Positions 63,560 to 64,000 of a DNA stretch of 64,000 nt are shown here, in pieces; the stretch's first letter is position 1; each line of letters begins with the position of its first letter. Under the pieces are notes generated by a model. The model was not told where the DNA came from and did not search any database. It was given only the letters and a program-made list of their open reading frames with translations. The DNA lies in contig JAQBRG010000004.1 of the NCBI GenBank assembly GCA_028286615.1, positions 111,867 to 175,866 on the forward strand. The letters are read 5' to 3'. The position numbers and the translations under genes are program-made. The DNA comes from Parcubacteria group bacterium. GTDB taxonomy: Bacteria; Patescibacteriota; Minisyncoccia; Phycocordibacterales; Phycocordibacteraceae.

Positions 63560-64000
63560 ATGTCCCGTCTCGCTAAAAAGCCTATCGCTATCCCTTCCAA
63601 AGTAACCGTCACTGCTGACGGAGGCATGCTTATGGTTAAGGGTTCAAAGGCAACACTCGAACGCTCCATTCACCCTGGTATCTTGATTGAAGTTACTCCT
63701 GAGGGCGTATTGGTTACTCCTCGCAACACGAGCAAGCTTTCTAAGGCTCTTACCGGAACTTTCGCCGCACACGCACAGGCAATGATGATGGGAGTAGAAA
63801 CTCCTTTTAAGAAGACGCTCATCATGAAGGGTGTTGGATTCAAGGTTGAACTTCGTGGACGCGACCTCGTGTTCAACGTAGGTTTCTCTCACCCCGTAAC
63901 CCTTACCGTTCCTGAGGGACTTGAGGCACGTGTTGAGAAGCTCAACATCATCGTTGAAGGCGCAGACAAGCAGAAGGTTGGACAGTTCGCAGCAGAGATT
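63560..64000 (+). CDS. rplF: 50S ribosomal protein L6 (3'-partial; runs off the window end)
   Basis: MSRLAKKPIAIPSKVTVT...MKGVGFKVELRG is an L6 signature with no stop before position 64000. The ORF was not in the supplied track because it lacks a stop codon. Confidence 0.9.
   Translation, partial: MSRLAKKPIAIPSKVTVTADGGMLMVKGSKATLERSIHPGILIEVTPEGVLVTPRNTSKLSKALTGTFAAHAQAMMMGVETPFKKTLIMKGVGFKVELRGRDLVFNVGFSHPVTLTVPEGLEARVEKLNIIVEGADKQKVGQFAAEI

Noticed and set aside
1-64000. Search for CRISPR arrays and rRNA or tRNA genes
   Set aside because: No regularly spaced direct repeats of 25-40 bp were noticed in any intergenic region, and no sequence resembled conserved rRNA blocks or tRNA cloverleaves. 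Intergenic spaces are short and are accounted for by promoters and terminators.

Overview
This 64-kb window reads as a stretch of chromosome from a low-to-moderate GC bacterium. Hand-counted 60-nt samples of the background gave about 42-50 % GC. On top of this backbone sit several compositionally foreign segments at about 60-67 % GC. I found no rRNA, tRNA, CRISPR array, transposase or integrase.

Backbone genes, in order along the window:
- a partial RsmC-like rRNA methyltransferase fragment
- an unusual cNMP-binding-like/adenosylhomocysteinase-like fusion protein
- rarA, a TrmB-family regulator, pheA and hup
- a Phd/YefM-like antitoxin with a PIN-domain (VapC-like) toxin, preceded by a palindromic operator
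- rny, clpP, ppa and nusA (nusA without a flanking rimP or infB)
- type IV pilus genes pilB and pilC, then three small ORFs, then a PilV-like/prepilin/PilX-like minor-pilin operon
- tpiA-pgk, a HIT hydrolase, recJ and rnhA
- a ComEC competence channel encoded as two separate genes (membrane part at 31.8 kb, MBL-fold domain at 35.3 kb), with a hypothetical ORF, sodA and a NUDIX hydrolase on the opposite strand between them
- rpmB and a small housecleaning cluster (peptidase M50, MazG-like, HD phosphohydrolase)
- a high-GC XRE regulator divergent from a lexA-like gene (with a perfect Cheo-type SOS box) followed by a Y-family polymerase
- a secreted lipase plus PEBP operon
- from 45 kb onward, the rpsL-rpsG / fusA / tuf-rpsJ / rplC...rplB / rpsS...rplE / rpsN-rpsH-rplF ribosomal-protein cluster

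Observations I rate most interesting:
- The normally contiguous str/S10/spc ribosomal cluster is cut into six transcription units. Intrinsic terminators separate them, and moderately GC-enriched hypothetical ORFs, a three-gene minus-strand cassette and small membrane proteins are inserted between them.
- A roughly 4-kb island at 13.0-16.9 kb is about 60-67 % GC and sits between nusA and pilB. It carries a TetR regulator, a Tat-signal secreted protein, and membrane-anchored proteins with no recognisable domains.
- The r-protein operon leaders recur as a hairpin followed by a U-tract. The hairpin sequence is nearly identical upstream of rpsL and rpsS.
- A 13-mer, CATATATAGGTAT, is shared upstream of both high-GC regulators.
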